64,000 nucleotides of DNA from a virus (taxonomy: Duplodnaviria; Heunggongvirae; Uroviricota; Caudoviricetes). Shown here one piece after another: positions 41,271 through 50,005 of this stretch. Location: the IMG/VR virus record IMGVR_UViG_3300047470_000520; one strand, written 5' to 3'. Every line of letters begins with the position of its first letter. The stretch's first letter is position 1. The notes under the pieces are model-generated. The model ran no database searches. It worked only from the letters and a program-made list of their open reading frames with translations, and was not told the DNA's origin. A program made the translations under genes and the position numbers.

Positions 41271-42500
41271 ATGCTGTTAGTTTTTGAGTTTGAATCTGCC
41301 GAGTGCCTAAGCGACTTCCTGGGCGTTGCTGCTCATGGCGATACCGAGAAGAACGAAGAACTGGAGTACTGCATTAACCGCGAGCGCGCCGTTGAGATCC
41401 TGGCCTGCCGTGAGTTAAAGATCCCCTACGTGGTGGTGTCTAAGGTCTTGAGCTTCGAGAAAGGCACCAAGCCGGTGACGATCATCGACACCAACACCGA
41501 CGTGACACGAATGACCTTGGCCAGCGCTGTAGTCTGGCGGGTGTCATCGACAAGAATCAAACATCCAGACCTGGATAATTTCCCGCGCTACATCTCAGGG
41601 GCCAGTGAGTATGGCGTAAAACACTGGCCAGAGAACCTTAAAAACCCAGACCACTTCCTCAAGCGCACTGTCGTGGAGCTGAGCAAGGCCAGGTTCAACG
41701 AGATGATGGGCGCAGGGGATATTCACCCTCCGGTGTTCATCAAGGGGGTGGAGAAGGGTAGTGGCTTTAGCCTTCATCATGTCGTGAAGACCGAGGATGA
41801 CCTTCACGCGCTCATCAAGCCGGCTGGAGAGCTAAAAGCTCTGTTTGGGCACAAAATGCTTTTCGACCAAAGCGTTAAGGACAGTGACTTCATGGCCTTC
41901 TTCCAGATGCCCGAGTGGTATTGTCCGTACCGGGACAGCATGGAGCCTGGCCGGCTGTGCCTGTTCGACCCGGAAGAGGGGGTAATGCTCTCCGACGCCC
42001 TGGAATTTGAAAGGCATCCTGAGCACAAGGGCGAGTTCCGAGGATTCATTGTCGACGGCAAGGTCACCAGCCTCTCGTCGTACACGGACTACGAAAGCTA
42101 TCCGGTGCCAGAGGCGATTCAAACGCTGGCCGAAGAGTTTGCTCAGCAGAATAAACATCTGGCGTCGGCCTATGTGGCGGACTTTGGCATGACGGATCGC
42201 GGCCCGGTGCTGGTAGAGCTCAACAGCCTCAAGCATTCCGGCAGATACGTCGGTAACGACCCCCAGGCGCTGTTACAGGCGATTGAGCAACACATTGGTG
42301 TCGTTGACCGTCGCTTCATCTGTGAACCGCTGGTGGCGGTGCCAGAGGCGAAGGTTAGTCAGGATATTGAGCTAGGGATCGGCTCGGGTCGACTCTTTGA
42401 TCCGCGTGATGAGCAGGGGCTGGTGTCAGTCGATGTCGATGAGTTGCCTGGCTTGAGGCTACGGCCTGGACTGGGTGATGCGGAGCCGAGTATCGATTGA
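41271..42500 (+). CDS. ATP-grasp superfamily protein (ligase-like), unknown substrate
   Basis: C-terminal half has an ATP-grasp pattern: PPVFIKGVEKGSGFSLHHV (Lys-containing ATP-binding strand), EFRGFIVDGKV, and YVADFGMTDRGPVLVELNSLKHSG (the ExN motif). AGGAG RBS. Confidence 0.65.
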   Translation: MLLVFEFESAECLSDFLGVAAHGDTEKNEELEYCINRERAVEILACRELKIPYVVVSKVLSFEKGTKPVTIIDTNTDVTRMTLASAVVWRVSSTRIKHPDLDNFPRYISGASEYGVKHWPENLKNPDHFLKRTVVELSKARFNEMMGAGDIHPPVFIKGVEKGSGFSLHHVVKTEDDLHALIKPAGELKALFGHKMLFDQSVKDSDFMAFFQMPEWYCPYRDSMEPGRLCLFDPEEGVMLSDALEFERHPEHKGEFRGFIVDGKVTSLSSYTDYESYPVPEAIQTLAEEFAQQNKHLASAYVADFGMTDRGPVLVELNSLKHSGRYVGNDPQALLQAIEQHIGVVDRRFICEPLVAVPEAKVSQDIELGIGSGRLFDPRDEQGLVSVDVDELPGLRLRPGLGDAEPSID

Positions 42501-42515
42501 CGATTTACACCACAA

Positions 42516-42548
42516 CAAACCCGCTGTGACAGGCGGGTTTTTGTTGTC
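42516..42548 (+). terminator. Rho-independent terminator
   Basis: AAACCCGC-tgtgacag-GCGGGTTTTTGTTG. Confidence 0.65.
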
Positions 42549-42579
42549 TTGCGGTTGTCTATGTTCTCGCTCGCTCCCT

Positions 42580-42609
42580 ATACTCAATCAAGACCAAGGA
42601 GATTTTTGC
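42580..42609 (+). promoter_or_regulatory. Conserved family-3 5' leader/promoter region (CCTATACT…AAGACCAAGGAGATTTTTGC)
   Basis: Matches 43898-43937 at about 36/40 positions. The -10-like TATACT lies about 16 nt upstream of the ATG. Confidence 0.5.
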
Positions 42610-43755
42610 ATGACCGAGTACAAAACCAAGCATCCAGGCAAGCTGGCTCTCGACTTCCTGCGAGGGTCTAAGCTTCACGCTAGTTTGGACGCTGCCACCG
42701 ATAGCGGTGAAATCAATGATGTTTTGGTCAGTGCAAAGCATCTCGTTGCGCTGATGAAGACCGGTGAGAATGAAAGCTTTTGGAAAAAAGAGTTGCAGAC
42801 TGCTCCTCAAGATCTTCCTTTATTGGCCACACTGCTGACAGCAATTGATGAAGATCGTCTTGATGCAGCTGGTTCCAAAGCTCTTAGGGCTTTGACTAAA
42901 ACCATTATCGGGGTAACTCTCCCATCGATGGGCAATCAATTTAATGGCCTTTCATTGCCAGAGATTCCGCCTAACAGCATTTACAGCGGGAAGAACCCTG
43001 CAACATCAAATCTTTTGGATGGAGAGCCGGCTGAATTTGGAATCTACCCTGAAGAGCAGCCTTATAATTCAGTGGTGTCTGCGTTCTTTATTAAGAATCG
43101 CAAATACATCACGGATCAGAAACGGACTAACAATCCAGATCCGGTACTTGAAGTGCCCATCACTAAAAAAGATTTGATTGGATTAGAATTTGATGCAGTC
43201 AGCGGTGACTATCAGATGTTTTCCGCAAAGCCGATCAAATGCATTATGGCTTCGCCTAATGCTTTCTCAGAAGTTTCTAGGAAGGAGTTTGTTTCGGCTT
43301 ACCTAAAAGCAGCTGAACAACCACAGACTGTTGGTTTTTTTGCAATGACTGCTCTGACTAGCGTATATGCAAAAAATATTATGGAAACTAATAATTTTGA
43401 GCATCAAGATGAAGAAATGAAGAAGCGTGGGCTTTTCATTGACCGGATTTACAACCTTAAATCTGATTCCTTTCGCGGGAATTTCATGTTCTCTGCGAAG
43501 GAGTTCACTGTCAACGAGTTTGCGCAAAAACCACTGACAGTTGAAGAGATCAAGGCGATCCCTTTCTTGACCGGTCTGTATAATGAGATTTATGCCGAGG
43601 TGGAGCACAATCATGGCGTTCATGCACAAGCATGCGCGGACAAGATGAGGTCTGCCGGTCACGACATCCTGGCTGAAGCCATCGAGCTCAATATTCCGGC
43701 CAAGGCGTCAAAGCCGGTGCGCAAGCACGACGACGATCTGAGCCCCGGCATGTGA
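42610..43755 (+). CDS. LGL-tail family 3 protein (381 aa; tail …DDDLSPGM)
   Basis: Start MTEYKTKHPGK at the conserved leader. Close paralog of 43938-45071. Confidence 0.8.
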   Translation: MTEYKTKHPGKLALDFLRGSKLHASLDAATDSGEINDVLVSAKHLVALMKTGENESFWKKELQTAPQDLPLLATLLTAIDEDRLDAAGSKALRALTKTIIGVTLPSMGNQFNGLSLPEIPPNSIYSGKNPATSNLLDGEPAEFGIYPEEQPYNSVVSAFFIKNRKYITDQKRTNNPDPVLEVPITKKDLIGLEFDAVSGDYQMFSAKPIKCIMASPNAFSEVSRKEFVSAYLKAAEQPQTVGFFAMTALTSVYAKNIMETNNFEHQDEEMKKRGLFIDRIYNLKSDSFRGNFMFSAKEFTVNEFAQKPLTVEEIKAIPFLTGLYNEIYAEVEHNHGVHAQACADKMRSAGHDILAEAIELNIPAKASKPVRKHDDDLSPGM

Positions 43756-43771
43756 TTTAGTCACTGAAACG

Positions 43772-43797
43772 AAAACGCGCTTCGGCGCGTTTTTTGT
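43772..43797 (+). terminator. Rho-independent terminator (type B, copy at 45086)
   Basis: AAACGCGC-ttcg-GCGCGTTTTTTG. Confidence 0.8.
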
Positions 43798-43897
43798 TGA
43801 GGGTGCGTACGGCAAGACCCTCAGCGCTGGCTCTATAATTCTAAGGTATCGCGGGCCCAACGAGCGTTGAATGCCTTGTTGATTGCCTGGCTAATAG

Positions 43898-43937
43898 CTC
43901 AATTCCTATACTGGGTAAAGACCAAGGAGATTTTTGC
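43898..43937 (+). promoter_or_regulatory. Conserved family-3 5' leader/promoter region
   Basis: Same leader as 42580-42609. Confidence 0.5.
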
Positions 43938-45071
43938 ATGACCGAGTTAAAAACCAAGCATCGCGGTGAGCCAGCCCTCAACTTCCTGAGAGCGCCAGAC
44001 CTTCCTGAGCGCATCGATGCGGCCATCAAAGATGGTTCAATCGGCAATATCATGGAGAGCGCCAAGTTCCTGGCTGTGCTGATTTCCGTGGGCGAAAACT
44101 CCGACTACTGGAAAAAAGAGCTTAGTGTTACGCCCGATGACCTTCGCCTCCTGCAGAAGCTGACAGAAATTGATGGCGGCAGTCTGGACATCTTCGGGCA
44201 GAAAACCCTCAAGGTCTTGATCGACACAATTATTTCTCAGTCGATGATCTTTGTTGACCGAATTTTCCCTGAAGATCATAACAAGCCGATCATTTCGAAA
44301 GATAGTATTTATGAATACAGCAACAGGACGGCACCACGCGTGAGCGGGGAACCTGATGAATTTGGCATCTATGAAAAAGGTCAGCCTTACGACTCTGTGC
44401 TCACTCGCTATCTCCATGAGTACAAAGATTTCATTAAAAAAAATAAAAACACCAATGCACCGTTACCTTTGTTTGAAAAAGCGCTGATAGGAAATGATGT
44501 TCTTGCCTTGGATCTTGATGCCATTAGTGGTAACTATGAAATGTTCACCGTAAGGCCACTGAAGGCCTTAATGGATTCCCCAAAGGCTTTCTCAATCATC
44601 TCAAAACAAGCCTTCGCACAAAGATATATTGATGCAGTCGAGCAGCCAAAGGCGCTTGGCATGTTTGTTTTAATGGCGATCACTACAGCGTATTCTATCC
44701 GCACTAAAAGTACTGAATATCCAGAAAACAAAGAGGTCTATGATCAACAATCGCCTCTGATTGATAGGCTCTGTGGGATGGGAAGCTCCTTTCGCGGGAA
44801 CTTCTTATTATCTGCAAAAGAATTCACCATTAATGAATTTGCATCAAATCCATTAACGGTCGATGAATTAAAAGCCATTCCTTACTTGTTGGGCTTTCAC
44901 AAAGAAGTCTATGCCGAGGTTAAGCACAATCACGGTGTACACGCCCAAGCATGCGCAGCCAAAATGAGGGCGGCGGGTCATGATGTCGTGGCTGATGCCA
45001 TAGAGCTCAACAACCCGGACAAGGCCGTCAAACCAGTGCGTAAGCACGACGACCTGAGCCCAGGAATGTAA
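43938..45071 (+). CDS. LGL-tail family 3 protein (377 aa; tail …HDDLSPGM)
   Basis: Start MTELKTKHRGE. Paralog of 42610-43755. Confidence 0.8.
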   Translation: MTELKTKHRGEPALNFLRAPDLPERIDAAIKDGSIGNIMESAKFLAVLISVGENSDYWKKELSVTPDDLRLLQKLTEIDGGSLDIFGQKTLKVLIDTIISQSMIFVDRIFPEDHNKPIISKDSIYEYSNRTAPRVSGEPDEFGIYEKGQPYDSVLTRYLHEYKDFIKKNKNTNAPLPLFEKALIGNDVLALDLDAISGNYEMFTVRPLKALMDSPKAFSIISKQAFAQRYIDAVEQPKALGMFVLMAITTAYSIRTKSTEYPENKEVYDQQSPLIDRLCGMGSSFRGNFLLSAKEFTINEFASNPLTVDELKAIPYLLGFHKEVYAEVKHNHGVHAQACAAKMRAAGHDVVADAIELNNPDKAVKPVRKHDDLSPGM

Positions 45072-45085
45072 TTCAGTCGCTCAAA

Positions 45086-45112
45086 GAAAAACGCGCTTCG
45101 GCGCGTTTTTTC
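45086..45112 (+). terminator. Rho-independent terminator (type B)
   Basis: AAACGCGC-ttcg-GCGCGTTTTTTCG. Confidence 0.8.
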
Positions 45113-45140
45113 GTTGTAGCTCGGTAGTGAATCACGGGCC

Positions 45141-45767
45141 TTATTTGCCCATTTCAAGCCGATTTTTGAAGTCACGAATGATGATCGCCATAGCCCCTTC
45201 TTCCTCAAGCAATGTCCAGCGAGGAACGCCTTCTTCAGGCTCGCCGTAATAATCCATGTGCGTGGCCAGCCAGCCGATGAGCATGTTCACCTGGGGGATG
45301 TCAGAGGTGTCGATACCCAAGGCCCTTACGAGATTGCCGACGCCAGGCTTGACCTTGTTTTGGTGAAACTGAAAGGCGGGGAAGTATTTGCGGCGATCCT
45401 TGGTGTACGCCAGCAGCTCACCGGATTTAGTCTTTAAGCTCAGCGCTTGCTTGGTGATGCCGAGGATGGTGCAGACATCGTTGGATTTAATCAGCTCATA
45501 AGCGGCTGCAACGGAAACAAAAGCCCTGTCTTTCATCAAGGCGAAGGCCAGTTCATTGCGGGTTTTGACACTCAGCGGTTTTGGCGGCTTGTCGCGCTTC
45601 TCAACGATCATGGCCAGGGCGGCGTCATCGTCCAGGAGCATCGCCTCCAGCACCATGAAGCGTGGAAGCGAATCGACCTTCTGGATGAACTTGAGCACCA
45701 GCGAGGCTTTGGCCTCTTCCAGTGCTTGATTTTGACTGCCTTCGTTCTCGGCGCTTTCGATGCTCAT
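45141..45767 (-). CDS. Hypothetical protein with predicted helix-turn-helix
   Basis: Start at MSIESAENEG, with GAGGAG 7 nt upstream. The HTH-like segment is NDVCTILGITKQALSLKTKSGELLAY. Confidence 0.6.
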   Translation of the reverse strand: MSIESAENEGSQNQALEEAKASLVLKFIQKVDSLPRFMVLEAMLLDDDAALAMIVEKRDKPPKPLSVKTRNELAFALMKDRAFVSVAAAYELIKSNDVCTILGITKQALSLKTKSGELLAYTKDRRKYFPAFQFHQNKVKPGVGNLVRALGIDTSDIPQVNMLIGWLATHMDYYGEPEEGVPRWTLLEEEGAMAIIIRDFKNRLEMGK

Positions 45768-45829
45768 ACTGCTCCTCGCTGGCCCAAAAGTGAGCCAGTG
45801 AGGCCATGCTAGCAATGAATATTTATTCG

Positions 45830-45856
45830 AGTCAAGTAGTCAAGTAGTCAAGTTGT
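45830..45856. repeat. Tandem 8-bp direct repeat (TCAAGTAG x2 + TCAAGTTG)
   Basis: gagTCAAGTAGTCAAGTAGTCAAGTTGtca, located about 65-90 nt upstream of the HTH gene start. Confidence 0.7.
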
Positions 45857-45859
45857 CAT

Positions 45860-46282
45860 TCAGGCAAGGTAATCGGTTCCGGGTATCAGCCGGCGCCCGC
45901 GACCTTGTCCGATGAAGGTGTGATACAGCGTTGTCACCTCAAAAACGGCACGATCCTGCTTGATCTCGGTGGTCGCCTCGACCTGCACCGGTTCATCAAA
46001 TATGCAGTTAGAGGCAAACTTGATTGACACCGAAAAAGGCCTGACAAAAAACCAGCCGCGCATGCCACTCAGGGTGACCGTGTAGGTCATAAGACCTTGG
46101 CGTTCGACAGCCGGATCCTGCCGAATGTCGTACGAGACCTTAAAGCGTGCGTTGATCACGCCGGCTTGCTTGATCACATCGCGAATCAGGTCATGCAGGT
46201 CTTCGAATTCCATCGCGCCACTGACTTGGTCGCGGAAGAATTTCCGCAGACGCTTCTCGCTGTACAGACCTTTAAAAAACAT
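45860..46282 (-). CDS. Hypothetical protein (140 aa)
   Basis: Start MFFKGLYS with GGAGG 6 nt upstream. The longer ORF to 46315 lacks an RBS. Confidence 0.55.
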   Translation of the reverse strand: MFFKGLYSEKRLRKFFRDQVSGAMEFEDLHDLIRDVIKQAGVINARFKVSYDIRQDPAVERQGLMTYTVTLSGMRGWFFVRPFSVSIKFASNCIFDEPVQVEATTEIKQDRAVFEVTTLYHTFIGQGRGRRLIPGTDYLA

Positions 46283-46337
46283 TGTGTCACCTCCAGTGAC
46301 ATTGGAGCCCGACAATCAGGCTCCGTAAGCATAGTCG

Positions 46338-46730
46338 TTAGGCTGCCTTCAGCTCTTCGATCAGCTTGCCGTGGAACGGGATGTTTTCACGTGGCTCGAA
46401 GGTCGTGTAGCTCACGTACTGGCCCTTGTAGTGCATCAGCAGACAGAACTGCTCATCACAGGCCGCTGGGTAAGCGCGTTTGTCCGGCGCCATCAAATCC
46501 ACCTGGACTTCGTCATTGCTGATCGAATTGAGGATCCCGTCACGGGTGTAGATCACGCGATGAATCTGGCGATCCTTGAGGTAGACGTGGAAGGTTTCGC
46601 GCTCACAGGTGAAGCCATACAGCAGGGTACGATCCTGGTCAGGGTTATTCAGCTCATCAACATGGATACGCTGCACTTCTTTAGACTTTTGCATCAGCTC
46701 CCGGAGCTTGTTGTAGGCATCGATGTTCAT
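46338..46730 (-). CDS. Hypothetical protein (130 aa)
   Basis: ORF with an AGGAATACCCTCATG start context on the minus strand. No recognisable domain. Confidence 0.5.
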   Translation of the reverse strand: MNIDAYNKLRELMQKSKEVQRIHVDELNNPDQDRTLLYGFTCERETFHVYLKDRQIHRVIYTRDGILNSISNDEVQVDLMAPDKRAYPAACDEQFCLLMHYKGQYVSYTTFEPRENIPFHGKLIEELKAA

Positions 46731-46943
46731 GAGGGTATTCCTTGTCTTGAGTGGTGATCAGCATAACCCTATTAGGGTATTCTGTAAACATACCGATTGG
46801 TATTTTTACACCCGCAAAAAATTTAACCGAAGATCTTGAAATTACTTTTGTCAATATTTTAAAATTATTTTGTCACGGCCTATCGGCGTGATGCGCAGGC
46901 CTTCGGGGTGCGTTTACCACAGTCGCTCAATGAGGACGAAATC

Positions 46944-47372
46944 ATGAGACACGCAACACTCGCTTATCTGATCAACAGCAACCTGGCTTTTGGCACCGAT
47001 TACATGGCCCGCCAGATCGCCAGCGCACGCGCTGACCTGAAGGCTATCCCATACCCGCCTACTGACATCCTGATGCACGGCGACAACGACTTCGAGATTC
47101 AGATGGCCTTGGCCGGCTACGATGAAAACAACATCGATGTCTCGGTGGAAGGCAAGGAGATGACCATCTCGGGTAAACCGACCGGCCAGCCGGAAGGGAC
47201 TCAATACTATGCCAGGGGGATCTCACGTAAAGACTTCAAGCAAACGCTGCAGTTTGCCCACCCCGTGGAAGTGTCGGAAGCGACCTTCAAGCAAGGCATG
47301 TTGATCGTCAGAGTCAAAGCGATCATCCCTGACGCCGAGAAGCCGCGCACCATTAAGGTCAACGCTGCTTAA
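46944..47372 (+). CDS. ibpA: Small heat-shock protein, Hsp20/alpha-crystallin family (IbpA-like)
   Basis: PYPPTDILMHGDNDFEIQMALAGYDENNIDVSVEG...ISGK...YYARGISRKDFKQT...IIPDAEKPRTIKV aligns to the IbpA/IbpB core and the C-terminal I-x-I/V motif region. Confidence 0.85.
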   Translation: MRHATLAYLINSNLAFGTDYMARQIASARADLKAIPYPPTDILMHGDNDFEIQMALAGYDENNIDVSVEGKEMTISGKPTGQPEGTQYYARGISRKDFKQTLQFAHPVEVSEATFKQGMLIVRVKAIIPDAEKPRTIKVNAA

Positions 47373-47388
47373 AGCTGGTCGAGGAACG

Positions 47389-47415
47389 AGGCCCCGCTCT
47401 GCGGGGTCTTTTTGT
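47389..47415 (+). terminator. Rho-independent terminator after sHSP gene
   Basis: GGCCCCGC-tct-GCGGGGTC followed by TTTTTGTTTG. Confidence 0.7.
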
Positions 47416-47518
47416 TTGCCAGCAAAAAACAACGCAAAGCTGGAAAGCAAAAGCAGGTTGGTCAGGCAGGAAAGTCTGTTGGGAAGGAAGCCACTTTGAG
47501 CGTATTACCAGACGCTCT

Positions 47519-47776
47519 CTAGCGATCAGGCTGACGCCCACGCAATCCTTCGTTCCACATGGCCTTGATGTTCTTGCCAGCGCCCACGGTGAGTACCGTA
47601 GCCCTGCAATCCTCACAGGCGACACTCACCATCAGTGGCGAGACCAAGATCCTGGCGTGACCGCCACAGAGGCATTTATTAATCCCAGAGCGAGCGCACT
47701 CATCACATCGCCACACGGAATCAGGAAGATCTGAATCCCCGCCGTGTTGGCGGCATAGCTTGCCGGTGGCGCCCAT
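47519..47776 (-). CDS. Cys-rich hypothetical protein (possible zinc ribbon)
   Basis: Contains CDEC...CLC...CEDC cysteine pairs. No family is recognised. Confidence 0.35.
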   Translation of the reverse strand: MGATGKLCRQHGGDSDLPDSVWRCDECARSGINKCLCGGHARILVSPLMVSVACEDCRATVLTVGAGKNIKAMWNEGLRGRQPDR

Positions 47777-47848
47777 GGAAAAGCCTCAGGTTGGTCAAGA
47801 AGGGAATGGTGTAGGTTTACGGCAAGGCACTGCCAGTAAGTACCCGAT

Positions 47849-48049
47849 TTATTTCTTCGCCGCTGACAACGCAAGCCGCACCAGACACACCTGTTTAACC
47901 TCGATCTTCTTCTCGCTGGAATACTGGTTCCAGTCCCTGACCTCGGCCACCGTGCGCCCACAGCCCGTGCAAACGTCTCCGCCCACATTATGTGAGCAGA
48001 TCCCTCGGCAAGGGCTTGAATCTGGCTTGTTGGGGCGTGAAATGCTCAT
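47849..48049 (-). CDS. DUF1289 family protein (YdhL-like)
   Basis: SPCRGICSHNVGGDVCTGCGRTVAEVRDWN matches the DUF1289 SPC.G.C.....G.C.GC.R...E...W signature of E. coli YdhL. Confidence 0.75.
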   Translation of the reverse strand: MSISRPNKPDSSPCRGICSHNVGGDVCTGCGRTVAEVRDWNQYSSEKKIEVKQVCLVRLALSAAKK

Positions 48050-48416
48050 GACGGGTCAGTCTCGTGGTGGGTGCCAAACATATTACACAAATTGCCATTT
48101 TTTGCCTGCAAAAACAGGGCGGGTCTTTTTCCCTAGCGACAATCAAACTGCTCTTACCGGGAGATCTGACGTTTTACTTTGGCGAAGCGTGCGTTGATGG
48201 TGTCGGCGTCTTCCGAGCTGAGGTCTCGCGCAAACGAACTCACTGGCTTGTTCGACCGGTAGCGATCCAAGACCCTGGAGGTTAAATCTTTCTTTCTCCA
48301 GAAGCATAAAGCGGGGATTAAACCGATCATAAGTCCCCTTAAGGCGCGTGATACCTGATGAAAGGCTGAAGGTTGGTCAGGCAAAGGAGTTATTGGGGCA
48401 GGGCAAGGGCAGGCTA

Positions 48417-48782
48417 TCACTCCCCCCGATTGTTGTCCTTGAAGTCATGCTGCCAACGCTTGATCAGGATTCCCTTTGAATCGAAGTCAAAAAGGGTCGC
48501 TTGCGATCTCATGTCATCAATGGCCAAGGGGTTGGTACTGTAGCGCTTGAAGCTGTAGATCCACAGTTCATGGCCAGCTTTCTTTTGCTTGCGGGAGGGT
48601 TCGCCCAGAGCTGCCTTGATGGCAGATGAGGGGGTGCTGCCTGGAATAAAACTGCTGAACGTTGATTTGGAGACCTCAACCCCTTCCTGCTTGATAAAGA
48701 GATCCGCCATGTCCGAGGCACATCCGGTCATGAACAACGGGCAAGCAGCGAGCAAGAGCGCCAAACCAATCCGATTATTCAT
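48417..48782 (-). CDS. Lipoprotein, hypothetical
   Basis: Signal peptide with lipobox LFMTGC. 121 aa. Confidence 0.65.
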   Translation of the reverse strand: MNNRIGLALLLAACPLFMTGCASDMADLFIKQEGVEVSKSTFSSFIPGSTPSSAIKAALGEPSRKQKKAGHELWIYSFKRYSTNPLAIDDMRSQATLFDFDSKGILIKRWQHDFKDNNRGE

Positions 48783-49227
48783 GCCTTTTCTCCCGGCTTT
48801 TTTATGATATTGACACGAAAAGCTGGCTCAAAGTCAACAACCTAAATATTGGAGTGACGGAAGGGCTGGGTGAAGATGAAAAAGCCTTGAAATTTAAGGG
48901 GCAGTGGTAGGGCTGTTTTTTGATCACAACCTACCCCCCACCATTTTTGTTGATTGAGGCGGAAGAAAAACAAAGGCAGAAACGAAGGGCATGGTAGAGA
49001 TTTTAAGGTGGTAGAGAGGCAATGGTAGAGAAGCGAAAAGCAGGTTGTACAGGATGGGAGAATTGTAGGATTTTCTTCGAAAATCCAAAATGAGGTCGTC
49101 GCTGCGCGCCGGAAGGCATTAAAGATCGTACAGGCCTGGCGAGCCGTACTGGCGTGTGGCTCGGGCCTTGAAAGCGATCTTAAAATGCCAACAGCCTGGT
49201 ATTTTGAGGCCAAGTTGTTGCCAGGCA

Positions 49228-49797
49228 CTATAGGCCCAGCGAGTCCTCAAGGAGCTTTCCCTTGATCTGTTTTGCAAGGCGACTTGGAAGGTAGCTAGTA
49301 GCTTTAATGCCGAACACATCAACAAACGCAGCGCCGGCCTTTTCGTCAGTTATTAACGCCGAAATCCGCTCCGCGCCTCTGTGCTGCAGGAGCTTTTTGA
49401 TTTCTTTGGTAGTGGCTTCGTCCTCTGGGCTATAAGTTGGCTCCCTGTACGCCGAAAACCAGATCTCATCAGCAATGAAAGGTAGCGACAGCTCGACACC
49501 GTAGGCTTCAAGGAAGAACTTGGCGCGCCCAGTGCCATGCACTTCTTTGGCTGTGTTGGTGATGTCTGTTTCCGATAGCCATATCCGATGCAAAGCGTAG
49601 GTTGGGTGCCATGGGGCTGCTCTCATACCGCGCACAAAAATCTCGTCGATGCCTATGTTCTCGTCGCGTTTATATTCGCCAGCGGCAATGCATCGGCGAA
49701 CATATAAATATTTGTCTTCGGTCGATAGCGCGTCGTAAAGAACAGGCGAGTCGTGAACTTTTTTGAAAGTTCGGTCAAAAGGATTCTTGGTATCCAT
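49228..49797 (-). CDS. LGL-tail family 2 protein (~189 aa)
   Basis: ATG at 49797. The longer ORF to 49830 begins with TTG. Motifs ...AKFFLEAYGVELSLPFIADEIWFSAY...AFVDVFGIKATSYLPSRLAKQIKGKLLEDSLGL. Confidence 0.8.
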   Translation of the reverse strand: MDTKNPFDRTFKKVHDSPVLYDALSTEDKYLYVRRCIAAGEYKRDENIGIDEIFVRGMRAAPWHPTYALHRIWLSETDITNTAKEVHGTGRAKFFLEAYGVELSLPFIADEIWFSAYREPTYSPEDEATTKEIKKLLQHRGAERISALITDEKAGAAFVDVFGIKATSYLPSRLAKQIKGKLLEDSLGL

Positions 49798-49888
49798 GTT
49801 CGCACATGCCTTTAAATTGGTTTTCTTCAATTTTAACCGAGGAGCTTAAAGTGGCGCATGTGCTTAATGTTTCCAGGCCAGCAACAGA

Positions 49889-49990
49889 TCAGAGGCCAAG
49901 CTGAACCTCAAGGTGCCCGCCTTTTCTTGTGCGGCGATATGTCTGTGTAGGTGCCGATTGTAGGATTCTAGCTCTTGCTGGCGCAAGAAA
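49889..49990 (-). pseudogene. Decayed 3' fragment of a family-2 gene (…RKGGHLEVQLGL*) plus conserved 3'-flank motif
   Basis: Minus-strand translation gives ...TYRRTRKGGHLEVQLGL* with no upstream start or full ORF. The 3' flank 49842-49872 matches the 3' flank of gene 52387 (52340-52370). Confidence 0.55.
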
Positions 49991-50005
49991 GCTGGCCGAC
50001 GACCA

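Noticed and set aside
46728-46800. Imperfect inverted repeat ATACCGATTGGTAT and direct repeat AGGGTATTC upstream of the sHSP gene
   Set aside because: The repeats are short and imperfect. No associated regulator is evident.
48154-48420. 88-aa minus-strand ORF
   Set aside because: No RBS and no recognisable features. It is Cys/Pro-rich at the N-terminus and overlaps likely regulatory sequence of neighbours, so the evidence is insufficient.
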